From the NCBI GenBank assembly GCA_040357565.1, contig JBDODJ010000012.1: 64,000 bases of DNA; one strand, 5' to 3'. The notes below the pieces were generated by a model, which saw nothing but the letters and a program-made list of their open reading frames with translations, was not told the origin of the DNA and did no database searches. Below, piece by piece: positions 1 to 11,815 of the stretch (within the stretch, counting starts at the first letter, position 1; each line of letters opens with the position of its first letter). Source of the stretch: Cercozoa sp. M6MM (taxonomy: Eukaryota > Protista > Endomyxa: Ascetosporea). A program made the translations under genes and the position numbers.

Positions 1-371
1 GCCTTCTTATCGATGCGACGGTGGCACTTGATGGTCCACTCATTGCCTTGTCTTTCCCACACCTACTCGCAAACAACCAAGGTGGGTCATGCCTCTCGTC
101 GCACCACACGCACACATGAATCACAAGGTACGCAGAGAAGCTTGTCGTCTCCGCTCGTGACGAGAAGTGTCCCACATGGCGAAAAAGCGATCACACGAAT
201 CGGCGCGCTATGGCCTTGCGGGGCATCCTGGGCGGCACCCTGCTTCGTGGGCACACCAGCGACGCTGCTGAACAGCACCTCACGCGTCGCTGCATCCAGC
301 ACTTGAAACGTAGTGTTGTGCGCTACGACCACAAGCGCACCATCGCTGCTCACGTCAAGATGCGAGTCCAT
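1..371 (-). CDS. WD40 protein, probable tRNA m7G46 methyltransferase subunit WDR4/Trm82 (5' part, runs off window)
   Basis: MDSHLDVSSDGALVVVAHN...GHSAPIRVIAFSPCGTLLVTSGDDKLLC then intron then WERQGNEWTIKCHRRIDKK. The WD repeat with SGDDK followed by the RRIDKK motif resembles the Trm82/WDR4 N-terminus. Confidence 0.6.
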
Positions 372-543
372 GCGAGCACACTACTGCTACTACTGTTTTG
401 CCCGACTACAGCACTGCCTGTCCCTGGGAGATTATTCTTCCTTGTGGGTTGAATTTTTTTTCCCGCGCGGATATAATAAAATGCTGAAAATACTGTAAGG
501 CTGAGCTTCCGTGTCTTACGTGAGTCGACGCACACTCTATGGC

Positions 544-2734
544 ATGTTTCCGCCGATTCAAGAAGCGCCAGTCAGGCGTAAGAAAGTCCTGGTTCGTCGC
601 AAGCACGCAAGCCAAGAGCACGCAAGCCAGGGGGCTTTGACAGCCAACAGTGCTGTTATTGATGAGCGACTGTTTCCGTCACATACCACGCGGCGCCACA
701 AATTGCTCGCGAGAAAACTAGAAGCTAAAGAACTCGCTGACGTCGGTTTCCAGGTTGAAGTTGGAGAGAATCTACTTCGAAGACGAATGCAGAATGTGCC
801 ATTTGATTCAATTCCACTTGCCTCGCGGCGTGAACATGAATTGCTAGGCACTTCGCGAGAGTACGAAGAAAGCCAGCTTCTTCATCGACCCGAACTGTTG
901 CAAAAGTCGCCGAGAGATCAGAAGCACGCTGTTGCGGCCGGTTTCATGCGAAGAAAACGACTCCAGGCATGGCGGCACGCCGTTGCGGCCACAATGGTAA
1001 GCGAAGATAGGCGAAATATCGCAACTTGAAATGCTGCGCAGATTATGAATCGAGCTGACCGCCGAAGGAGAACGCGATGGGTCGGAGTTGCGACGGAGCT
1101 TGAGAACAAGCTTGAGCAAAAATCGCTCAGTACCCTCCTCGAGTACGATAAAACCCAGTCTGTGTCGAGTGATTGAAAACAAACGCAGAAAATTTGCTTC
1201 TAACAGCGCCGACCGTCGGTATTACGACCGTGAGAGGCGCGTGTTGCATCGGCACGCTAAACGAGAACGGTCATGGCGTCGAGTCAAAGAAGACCTTGCC
1301 CGAAAGACCAATCGCAATGTTTCCGAGTTATCCATCGAAAAGGTACTGTGCTTCAGTGTGTGTTTCAAACATTACAGCAACTAAAAATGCGCAAGCAGGC
1401 AGATGCTTGGCGCCAAGAAGTGGAAGAAGCAGATTTAATCGTAAAGGCCGTGCCACATGAAGAACGATACTCAGCGTCTGTGTTTGAGCAAAGTCTCCGC
1501 AATGGCGGTGAGAGGATTGTCCCACTTGGCTCTGTTTTTAGTGGTCTTGTCGTGAAAGTCAAGCCCGAGATCAATCCTTTGCCGGAAACTGTTCGAAAAG
1601 TCGGAGGTGCGAAGCTAGAGACACTTAAGTCGAAGCACATGCAGTTTCGAAATGCTCGGTAAACTCAATGGGGTCATCTTCCTTGCTTGCATGTGATGCT
1701 TAAGTTCAGACGAAAGGAGCTTGGGGAGAGAATTACAAAATTGCGTCCGTACGATCTTGAGCATGCAGACGACTTAATTGTTGAGGGGCAGACTCTGATC
1801 TCTTTTTCTGCTCGTCGCTTACCTCGATACCAGTAAGTTTTAATATACGCTATTTAGATGGTATCATCGTGTAAATTTAAACCTGGGCATGACGAGCTCA
1901 TCACGTTTCTGTGTGTTCCTTTGCAGCTGTTGGGAGGAGATCGAACGACATCTGGCATCAAGATCATGTGAGGACATTTTCCTCAAGGAACCGAGTTCGG
2001 TTTCACTCGATCTGCTTCGCCGCGAGCGACCTGCGCAGCAGACGCAACCCAGCCACTTCTCGGCGAGCGCTTCTTCTGCTGGAGCCACTGCACCGGTTGA
2101 AGTGCCAGCCCTGAGTACCGATGTTCTCAGCATCGGTATATCATGCGCAAGCGATGAGATTACAATCGGCCAAAAGATCACCATAACAAACACTTCGGAT
2201 ACCTTCATTTCTGCAACTGCATCGGTGACGCAGCCACGTGGTTGTTTCCTCATTCGAGTCTTTCCTTCGAAGTTCGAATTGTTGCCGGGGAGTGCCATCA
2301 TACTAAACGCCACATTTTGGCCAACGTCCCTCGGATTTGTCGTATCGAAGCTCAGCATCAAAGGCGGCGATTTTCAAAACGAAACCTTGTTGAAAGTGCC
2401 AATTTTCGCCAGCTGCCGAGAAAAGCGCGCCAAGCTCGCACGGTTCGAAAGCCTAGTACAGGAAGCCGTGTTTGAAAGGCTTCGGGCTGATGCTGAGACC
2501 GAGCGGTGCAGAGACGTTGTTCTAGGGGCAGTCGAGGGTGCGCTTCGAACGCACAGAGAATTCTCAAATATCCGCGAGAAGGTCCTCACATTCGTGCGTG
2601 CAAATGACGCCGACAGGTTGAAATGGGATGCAAAGTGGTTTGAGGCATACGAAAGAATCATAGAAGAAGGCGCGGAAGCCGTGATGTCGAAGCGAGAACA
2701 AGCAATCGCTCAACGTGACGTCCTGTACAAGTAA
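544..2734 (+). CDS. MYCBP-associated protein (MYCBPAP)-like, multi-exon
   Basis: Spliced segment SWRRVKEDLARKTNRNVSELSIEK/ADAWRQEVEEADLIVKAVP...LGSVFSGLVVK resembles the MYCBPAP conserved block. Ig/ASH-like stretch ITITNTSD...FELLPG...FWPTSLG in the last exon. Stop at 2732-2734. Confidence 0.65.
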
Positions 2735-2836
2735 AACCCGATTTCTGGTCTGCTTATTTGATTGAGGCTGAAACTGACTGCTTGAAAACGTAGCTCGCAC
2801 GAACTGCGCAAGCTAATTCAACTCATTCGCGATGAA

Positions 2837-4902
2837 ATGTTGCGAAGACAGCTTTTCGAGAAACTCGACGCTGTTGTTGCAGAGTTGCAACGGCCGTATC
2901 CGTGTAAAGGTGCGGTTGGAGCAGTTTTAAAGAAGACGCTCCTCCGAGTGTGCCAGTCTGTACCCGCTCACGCTTCTCTTGGGCGAAGTGAGGAGGAGAT
3001 TCTTTCACGAACAGGTAATCTCTTTTATTTTAATCAGTTGAATAATCTTCGTACCGACATTCACACAGAGGAATGCCTCGCCAAAGCTATAGACGATTAT
3101 GACAGAAGCGTGTGGCTGCAGTTCGATGAAACTGGCCGTTTGGAGGAGTACTCAAAAACGCAGAAGAAGATGCAAAAGAAGCTCTGTCGAAGGCTCCCCG
3201 AACTGCTTCCGATTCTGTCGACACGCTTGTTTCGAGCGTCGGACAACACCTTTCACCAGATCGACATGGGGCCTGACTTATCCCGTGCTAAAGACAGCGA
3301 GCAGACGCACATCACTTTCTTCACGGCAGGCGACAGATTCTCTTTCATCCAGGACTCGCAGTTGCGGTGTTTTCTCGTGAACCACGAGGCGTACACTCGG
3401 CAGTTTGTCACCGCGGCAAAAGCGAGTGAAAGCCACCGACTTTCAACCGACAATCACGAAATAGCCGAAAAACCCGGAGTTGCTGACCAATGCTGTTGGC
3501 AGTTGCCATCTCTTTCAACCGGGTTCCTAGTGCGCCATGTCCGCGTGCTCCTAGAAGGCAACAACTGTGTGCTGCTTGCGGTTTGGGCACCAATGTCAGT
3601 GTTTTTTGCCACCGTGCGTTTGCGCGAAGATACTGCCATCACGATGGAGGCGTTGTCTGTGCTTTCGTTTCCTGCAAGCGCACCAGAATGGCAAAATTTC
3701 GCTAGCGTGTCGCTAGAGTCTGAGAATGAAGCCGAAAAGACTCTACGTTTGGTTGCGCTTCATGATGGACGACTAAAATACGCTGACGTCAAAATCATCA
3801 CTCGCTCTGACGGAAACTGGGAGAACCTTCAGGCTGCTGGTGAAGGTTGGGGTGATGTTGCTGCTCTCGACGAGACGGCAGCAACGATCAAATCAGTCCA
3901 CCAGTGCAACAACATTGCATTTGTTTTGACTAGCGAAAACACACTGTGGCGCTTGGAGACACGCACTCCCAACAGCGCAGAACAGTCGGGCGCAGCCGAC
4001 AAAAAACTGGTCGTCCTTCGGAAGTGGTCAATTTTGGAAGAAGCGGGAGTGATTCCACAGCTGCTGCAACGCATTTGGTCGTTTTCAAACGATATCCTCG
4101 TGCAGCACGCTACCGACGCAAGCACTGCCCTTTTATCTGTGCTTCCAGTTCGAGGCGAAGACGAGATGAAGGCAAGAATGCAGCACCTTGTAAGAGTGGA
4201 CGAAGATACCCTCATCAAATGTGCTTGGAGTGCCGTTATGCAAAGGTATCTTAAATACGCAACCGGTACATTTTTGTACCTCCAGTAATATACTCTGCTC
4301 GTCAAGAACAGCATGATTGTGTTGCAGAGCTTACATTGAAACGAAGAAGCACAAGCACTACTTGTTGCCGTTGTTACCTGACTCCAGCGAAGACGAACAA
4401 AAGCCGAAACTCAGGGAGGTCGAAACGACCAGCTTTGCATTGGATGCGGTGCACGATTTCGGACAACTGTGCCTGTTTGCTTTTCATGCAACAGGGTGAT
4501 TTCGCAGCCCGGCGCTGCAGGAACCACGATCTGACTACTGCCGCGTAAATTAGTATTTACGTAATTTACGACTGCAAGTTTACCACTGCGCGTACCCGAC
4601 GAGCCGAGGCCACGCGAGCGTATTGCAGCTATGCACTTTCTCACTCACTGTGCGCGGCCACTACCGACACAGGAGCTAGTACTGTCTTTTTTTGGTTGCT
4701 TCCAGTCGAGGCGAAATGCGGCAGCCCAGCCAATACTGCGCTGGAACAATAATTTTTATCGATAGATTCCCCGCCTGAAAGAGGTACCGGCGGCCGAAAC
4801 TAAACTTAGTGAGTTAGTTGAGTTTCTAGGAAACCAACTGCCGAAACTAAAAGCGGGCGGAAAGCTTACGACTGACAAGGCGGTTGATAAAACCTGCCGC
4901 TG
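2837..4902 (+). CDS. hypothetical protein, possible beta-propeller-like region
   Basis: 1.4 kb first exon (ORF 2837-4288) with donor at ~4246 and acceptor at 4327 continuing as AYIETKKHK.... Last exon IPRLKEVP...DKTCR*. No family recognised. Confidence 0.6.
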
Positions 4903-4941
4903 AGTGCATCGCATACAGGTGCACTAACAAATGCTAACCAC

Positions 4942-6066
4942 CTATAAGGTACTTCCCAGGAACGGGTTGCTGAAACAGTTGCTTCGCTTCACCCCAAAAA
5001 GGTAGGCCTCCAAAAAGTAGGCTGCCGTGCACACGCGAAGTCTGTAGTCCGAATCCAGCAAGTCCAGACGATAATTACTCCAGCAAGTCCTCAGGCAACT
5101 TGGCATCGTACAAACGCGGGTATCCACCCGGTACGGCACCTGCAGGAAGACAGGTACAAACCCTGGGCTTGAAATGGTGCAAGAAGATCCAGGGTGTGAC
5201 GTACGCATGCGGGCAATGTAGTCTTTGATCAGTGACTCGGCGTGTTCCATTGTGTATTCGCCCGACTGGACCTTCTGGTACACCTATACGACAGAAAGAG
5301 CGAGTGGACATCCAGCAATAGCGGCGATGAACGTACCTGCTCGAAAAGGAAGGCACGAATGACCGGGTCGAATTCGGCTACGTCCAGCGCTTTGTCACGC
5401 AGTCGTTTACCAGTGTTGTTTCTGTCCAGAGAATCCTCTAGAAAGTAGAAAAAATAACAGAGTTCGAACGCACTTTGCATGAACACCCATATCGTATCGT
5501 CTCCAATAGCGGTCAGCCTCTCTGTCACCACGACGGATCATATCCCTGCGTTCAACAAACGATTTAAACCATGTTAGTACTCAACGCGTGTGTTGTCCAC
5601 GCCAAATAAAGAACGCACCAGATGGCGTACACGCCCGTCACAGCCATCACGAAGCCGAGCTGTTTGTAGCCATGCAGCAGCACTTGCTTGAGTGTCACCA
5701 TTTTACTACCAGCCGCAACGAAAGTGACACAAAGAAAATCCTGCAAAACAAAAATCCTTACGACGCGGACTAGGGTGCTAAAGACGGCCGGCACGCTGGG
5801 AACAACACCGTATTTTTCACACACCTGCGAGACACAACGTGTAGCACTGTACGCCCTGGAAAACGCCGTCTGCACACGCGGCTCCTTTAAAAAACGGTAC
5901 CGGGACAGATGGTCCTGTCCAAAAAACATCAGCGACCACCAGTCACTCTGTGGCACTCAATTCTCGCTCGTTTGTTTTCGCTCTCCCAGAACTCGTGAGC
6001 GCTACTGTGCGAGCTCTCAAGAGTATTATTGAGGAAAAAGAAGCCTCCCAGACCTCTGCATATCAT
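4942..6066 (-). CDS. hypothetical protein with a hydrophobic segment
   Basis: Exons in ORFs 5564-5956, 5229-5531 and 4942-5283 join through GT-AG introns. Start codon uncertain. Confidence 0.5.
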
Positions 6067-6113
6067 AGGTGCAAAAGAAGATCGACGCGTAGTCCCACCA
6101 ACACAGACGCAGC

Positions 6114-7157
6114 ATGTCGTTTAAGCTCAAGAAGTTCGTACGTATGCCTTTAGTTGAGTGTGTGCTGTGATTTTGCGCCGTTTTCTTGTGCCGTTTTTAT
6201 TGGGTCCGAGTCGAGTGAACAGTGAACCGGTTGTGTTTTTCGGTTTTCAAGTGACCTACCCTCTTTCCCATGGGGCTTTTCGTGTAGGTCGCGGCCAAGA
6301 TGACCGGCAGCAAGGCCGGCCGCAAGCAGATTATTAAAGTTATGGGCGAAGACGGCGCGCAGCTGGTGAAGCTCTTCACCGACATTGTTGAGATGCACTC
6401 GGACACTGCCACGGCGGAGAAGATGGAGAAGTACATCTTCAAGATTGCCGCCAAGATGCGCGTCTTTTCCGACGAAGGCAAGGTCACGGACGCACAGTTC
6501 AAGCCTATCCGCATGCCTGCCAAGGGTACAGTTGCGTTAGCGTGATGATTGGTTGTATGTCAACTGTGTGTTGTGCTTGTTTAGGCTTCTTGAAGTCGCT
6601 CGCGGATGGTCAGTGGGAGCTCGACGCCGCGCGCGCTCAGCTGGGCGAGGTGCACACGGGTCTGATCGCAGTGATGGAGCCGCTGGTGACGGGTGACTCA
6701 ATTCCGCGCCTCAACTTCATCTTTGAGTACCTGCGTGACTCTGACTTGGTTCGTTTGTTCGCTTCTAGCTGATGCCACATGTTGTCGGTGTGATATGTTG
6801 TCGATGTGTGTGTGTGTGTGCGCAGTTGGACAAGCTTCTCAGCGATGCCGAGTACGCCGCTGCCAAGGACGCGTTGGCGACCACGCTGTCGGACGTGATC
6901 GACTTTGAGGAGCTCAGCGAGCTCGGCGACAACGAGCAGGAGATCAAGTCGGTAGCTCTCACACCTGCTACTCGAGCCTTCACTTGCTTACACACGTCTT
7001 GTGTTGCAGGTGCGAGTTGAGGCCAACCTGGACGCCAAGATGGCCTCTGTTGTTGACACGATCAAGACCTACTGGAAGAAGGTTGGACAGACCGAGACCG
7101 AGATTGGCGAGCCGATGATGGCGGCCTTCCTCGAGGAGAACCCTGGTATGTGTGCTG

Positions 7158-7208
<51 letters not shown>

Positions 7209-7591
7209 ATTGTTTGGTGATTGTTTCGTGCTGTGCGTAGAGCTGCGTCCTCTGTTCGAGAACACGGATTCGCAGGACTTCTCGTGGTGCTGGCTCTACG
7301 GCATCAACTCGCTGCAGCGACTGGTGTCGCGCCTGCAGGAGTACACGTACGGCCTGAAGCTTGCACACGAGCGTGAGGTGCCCGAAGCGACGTACGACAA
7401 GATGCTCGAGTTCTTCTGCAACTACCAGAAGGAGAAGTTTGGTACTCTTGTCCGCTATTTCCAGATTCCTTTTGTCGTTTTGAATGTTTCGCTGTGTCAA
7501 CGCAGGCCGTGCGTTCGGCAAGCGTGTCAAGTTCAGCTTCACCACGCTGTTCAACATTTTGGCCGAGCCGTTCAAGCAGCACGGTGTCTAA
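6114..7591 (+). CDS. TNFAIP8/TIPE-domain protein fused to a C-terminal globin domain (7 exons)
   Basis: Spliced: MSFKLKKF|VAAKMTGSKAGRKQIIKVMGEDG...AEKMEKYIFKIAAKMRVF...LVTGDSIPRLNFIFEYLRDSDL|LDKLL... (TNFAIP8 pattern). Then VDTIKTYWKKV..EIGEPMMAAFLEENP|ELRPLF..LKLAHEREVPEATYDKM..KF|GRAFGKRVKFSFTTLFNILAEPFKQHGV* (globin helices A-H). All six introns are GT-AG and preserve frame. Confidence 0.85.
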
Positions 7592-7840
7592 ACCAAGCAA
7601 CCTGACTGTTCCACTTACCCTCGTCCGCGCAAGTTTGCATCCACGGGGCTGGTTGACCTTTGTGCCTGCTGAAAGCTGCCGTCGCGTGCTTTGTTGATCG
7701 TCCGCTGGCAAAAGCAGAGTCGGTAGTATCGTATCGTGATTTAAACTGAACTTATTGACTAACACACTCCCGGACAGTTCAGCGTCAGCGCTACATGTAC
7801 AGTAGCTTAGCTATTGTTATAATCAGAATCGAATGTTCAA

Positions 7841-9231
7841 TTAAACAACAGAGGGCCCAACGTCCTCCTCCCTGGTACTAGCATTGTCAGATCGTTCGGC
7901 CGTACCCGACTCGGCCGGCGGCACCTCATCCTCGTTGTCGTCATCGTCGTTGTTGTCGTTGTCTTCTAGTTCGAGAAGATCCTCCTGCTGCAGAAAGTGT
8001 CGTACATCACGCGACATGAGCTGCCGCTTTTCGATGTCGTTTTGATCGCAGACTTCGTCGTCGACGTCGTCCTGAACACGTGGACACATATCGATGCATT
8101 GAGCAAAGCCACGAATGGGCCAAGAGGTGGATTAAGAAGCGTTTCGGACCTGCTGCTCGAGGTCAAACACGGCACGGAAGCCGTTGGAGAACACAAGCTC
8201 GGCGTATCGACGGTCATCGTCGAGACTCGCATCGTCATCACTGCGTGTGGTACATTGGCATATTGCTGTTGATACAGCAAGGAAAATGTACGAGTCGGCG
8301 TAGTGCTCGTCACGTGTGACATCCCATTGCAGCTGCAGTTGCTTCAGTAGCATGGCCGTGTGCCACACGTTCCACACCTCGGTGCCGTTGATAGAGACGA
8401 GGCGTTGCTCCTCGATACTCGACATGTGTTGGTTCTACAGTTTTGTGCCAACACATCAACACACAGACACAGACACAGACACAGACACAGAGACACGGAC
8501 ACACAGACACACAGACACACCGCAGACAGATCAGATCTGGTACCGCTTGGATCACGAGTGTACGCGAAACCGTCACTGCGGGGGACACAACAAACCGTAT
8601 ACATCATGCATCGGTGTGACGAAAAGGAAGTACCCAACTCAAAGTTCATGTCATTGAACCTGTCGTCCAGTTCGCCCAAAGGCTAAGTCAAGTCCGACCA
8701 TACACCATAAATCTTTAAAGGCACAGGTGTTTACACTCACTCGTTCCCCTGATACCAAGGTGGGTCGCTGCGTCAGCTCGCGCAGGTGCTCGAAGGCACC
8801 GGTGTGCCGCGTGAAGTACTTGAACATCGAAGGCGACTTGTGATACGGCGCCATCAACGGTTCCGACAGACGCGTCAGCACGATGCCGCCAAACACGACG
8901 TAGGACGACTGATGATCGTACTCGTAAGCTGGACGGTTTCGCGCTGGTTCGCACAGAGTCACATTGACCTCACGTTCTTCCTGGACAGCACTTCTCCAGA
9001 GTCGCAGTGTCACCGTGTCGCCCACGTGCTTGCGTTGCACCATGTAGCCAAAGTGCACTGGCGTCTCCAGTTCTTTGTGCAAACATCAAGACATCATGGC
9101 AGGGGTAAGATTGCACACGCACCTGGCGTACGAACGCGACCATCGCTGCGAATGTCGCAACCGTCCACTTTTAGCAGCACATCACCTACCTGCGTGTGAG
9201 TGAGTGTGTATGTATGCATGTGTGTTGTATG

Positions 9232-9286
<55 letters not shown>

Positions 9287-10533
9287 GTGTGTGTTTAAGA
9301 GGCAGAGGAGTAAGCTGTAGCTACCTCGATGTTCGGCGATGACCATGGTGAGGTACCGACGACAAGGACACCGATGCCTTCTTCAGCGTACTCACTTGGC
9401 TGTAAGCGAAGGTGGGTGCAAGGCGATAAAGGCGAACCAAAAGAAAGGACGTATTGTACAAGAGAGAGACGGCGCTGCAGGAGCGTGTCATCGCGCAGGA
9501 GCTGCAGTCCGAGTCCAAGCGAGGCCAATCGACGCGTCTCCTTTGTGTTGTCGTCCATATAGCTGCCTCTCTCACTGCACATATACATATATACAAATAT
9601 ATATTTTATACACATTTATACACATCTATACAAAGGTGGGGGGTAAAGGTCCCACGCACCGGTTTTGATCATTGCGAGAAGCCTCGCGAAGGAACCATTC
9701 TAACACCGGCACTGGGATCGCGTCGCCCGTGCCTGTGTACATGTGTTGTCAAGGTGGCATGGGGGCGGGGTAACAAGGGGGCACCCTGGTACGCCTTGGC
9801 GTCAAAGCCTTGGTGCACAATGCCGAGCAGTCGCACCTCGTCCGACTGATAAAATAAGGGGTGGCGGGGTAAAGAAGGGGTAAGGGTGTAAACTACCTCC
9901 TGACACAGCAGCGCACCGCCAGAGTTGCCACCGTTGATCGCAGCTACAATCACACCGGAGACATGTGGCACCACATGTGGCATGTGTGACACGTGGCACG
10001 AGTCAAAAGGTACCATCGACCTGCACAACGAGGTGCCGACGGTGCGAGTGCACGTAACTCGCCATATCGACACGCGACACGACACCTTGCGTCGCACTGA
10101 TGCTGCGTCCACTGCCCGGAAAACCGACCACTTGGACCTGTGTCGCCATGGATCAAGAATAATCACATTAAGGGAGCAAGGGTAGCCACACTAAAGGAGC
10201 GAGGGTAGCCATATAAAGGTACAGGCTGTGCACGCTTCGGTAGTCCGTTGAACAACTTGAGCGGCTTCAGGCCTTCGATCTGGGGGAAGGGGAAAGGGTA
10301 AAGGGTTGAAGGGGAAAGCGGAATAAGGTACCACAGAAAGGTGTCGACGATGCCGTTTGCCCTGCAGTTTCTCCGACGAGAAGTCAAGCAACGCAAGATC
10401 GACATCGTGACACTGTCCACATGGGTGAAGTAGATAAGGGGAAGGGGGGTAAGGTAAGTGTACAACAGCAGCGACATGCAGAGGAATTGTCAGCGACTCT
10501 GCGTTAGAATCGAGTCTACAAAAGGGACATATG

Positions 10534-10580
<47 letters not shown>

Positions 10581-10981
10581 AGGTGCTGGATACCGAAGGT
10601 GAGTCGACTCGGCCACACAGTGCGCACATGTGAGCAAACGGCGCCGTCCGTCGTGCTCGATCACCACGGCCGAGCCACTGCACAGAGACGCACCTGCTTC
10701 CACCCACCCACTCGCTCACCACACAACACACACACACACACAAACATACGAGGACTGCTCAGGACTCTCACGACGCCATAAACTGCACAGACAACAATGA
10801 CCATACATTATACCCTCCTTTCCTGCAGTATTGTGGCGAATCACAGATCGCGGTCGAAGCCAACACAGCCGGTACGGATCTTTACAATCGACTTCTCGTC
10901 AAAGATAGACTCCATCGTAAACGCAAGCAGACGAAACTGGTGGGGATTGCGGGCCAACAACAACCGATTGAGTTGTCGCAT
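7841..10981 (-). CDS. Deg/HtrA (S1C) serine protease with PDZ-like domains
   Basis: Catalytic triad motifs LLTCAHCV, HDVDLALL and AAINGGNSGGAL. PDZ-region motifs DVLLKVDG and YVVFGGIVLTRLSEP. Arg/Leu-rich N-terminus MRQLNRLLLAR resembles an organelle presequence. Confidence 0.88.
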
Positions 10982-11282
10982 ACAATCGTACACGCCAACT
11001 TAACGGGTCAATGGATGTGCTCTCGCGTGTACTAATATCCACAGAATAGCACTTGTGCGCTGCGACCTTTTGTTGAAAGCCACACAGCGCCTAATTCAGG
11101 ATATTTGGAGCACTGCTCTGTTATTTGGCTACAGAAAATTAGCAGCCAGGGAGCGGGCTGCAGGCGACCTTTGACCATATTCTTGGGAGCGCGGCAGATT
11201 CAGTTTTCTAGGCGTTTGTTTTACTGTAAGCATAGTGCTGGAAAGTCAGTTTTCAGTTTTCCTTTTTCCTGCAGGTTCGAAG

Positions 11283-11727
11283 ATGCAGCGAGTTGACAAC
11301 GATCTCATTGAGGGCAGTTACATTGTGCACTTCGACCGGTCGTCTTCCTGGCACACCAAATTCGATGAGGTAAAGCAAGTGTGCAATTTTATTGAAAATC
11401 CTGATAACGTTGATCTTACAGGCACCAACCAAGGGCGCAGCGAAGCAGCTCGTCGTTGAGCAACTTGCACAGCTAGGCATCAACGCCTCTCAAATCACGC
11501 ACATCTTCAAGGTCGCCTTGCGAGGTTTTGCCTTGAGGGAAGTCACAAAGGAGCAGGCAAGTCGGTTGCAGTCCATGACCTCTCAGGGCTGGAAGGTTAG
11601 TTTGCCGATTACTCTGGAAACGTCAAGCATTTGCTGCTTGAGTCACCTTCCTTCACCGATCTGTTTTCAGGTGCAACAAGACCGAATGCAGCATATTCCT
11701 AAGCCGCCGAAGCCCGATATCATGTGA
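11283..11727 (+). CDS. stand-alone peptidase inhibitor I9 (subtilisin propeptide-like) protein
   Basis: IEGSYIVHF...ITHIFKVALRGFAL...|VQQDRMQHI. These match the I9 motifs YIV, H.F...L.GFA and VE.D. No S8 domain follows before the stop at 11727. Confidence 0.72.
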
Positions 11728-11815
11728 GTGACGTCCGGTTCAGGTCGCGCGGGTACATACGGTGGGGTATGCGTTAACGGAAACTGAATTGATCGTAGCG
11801 TAACTAAAGCCATAA

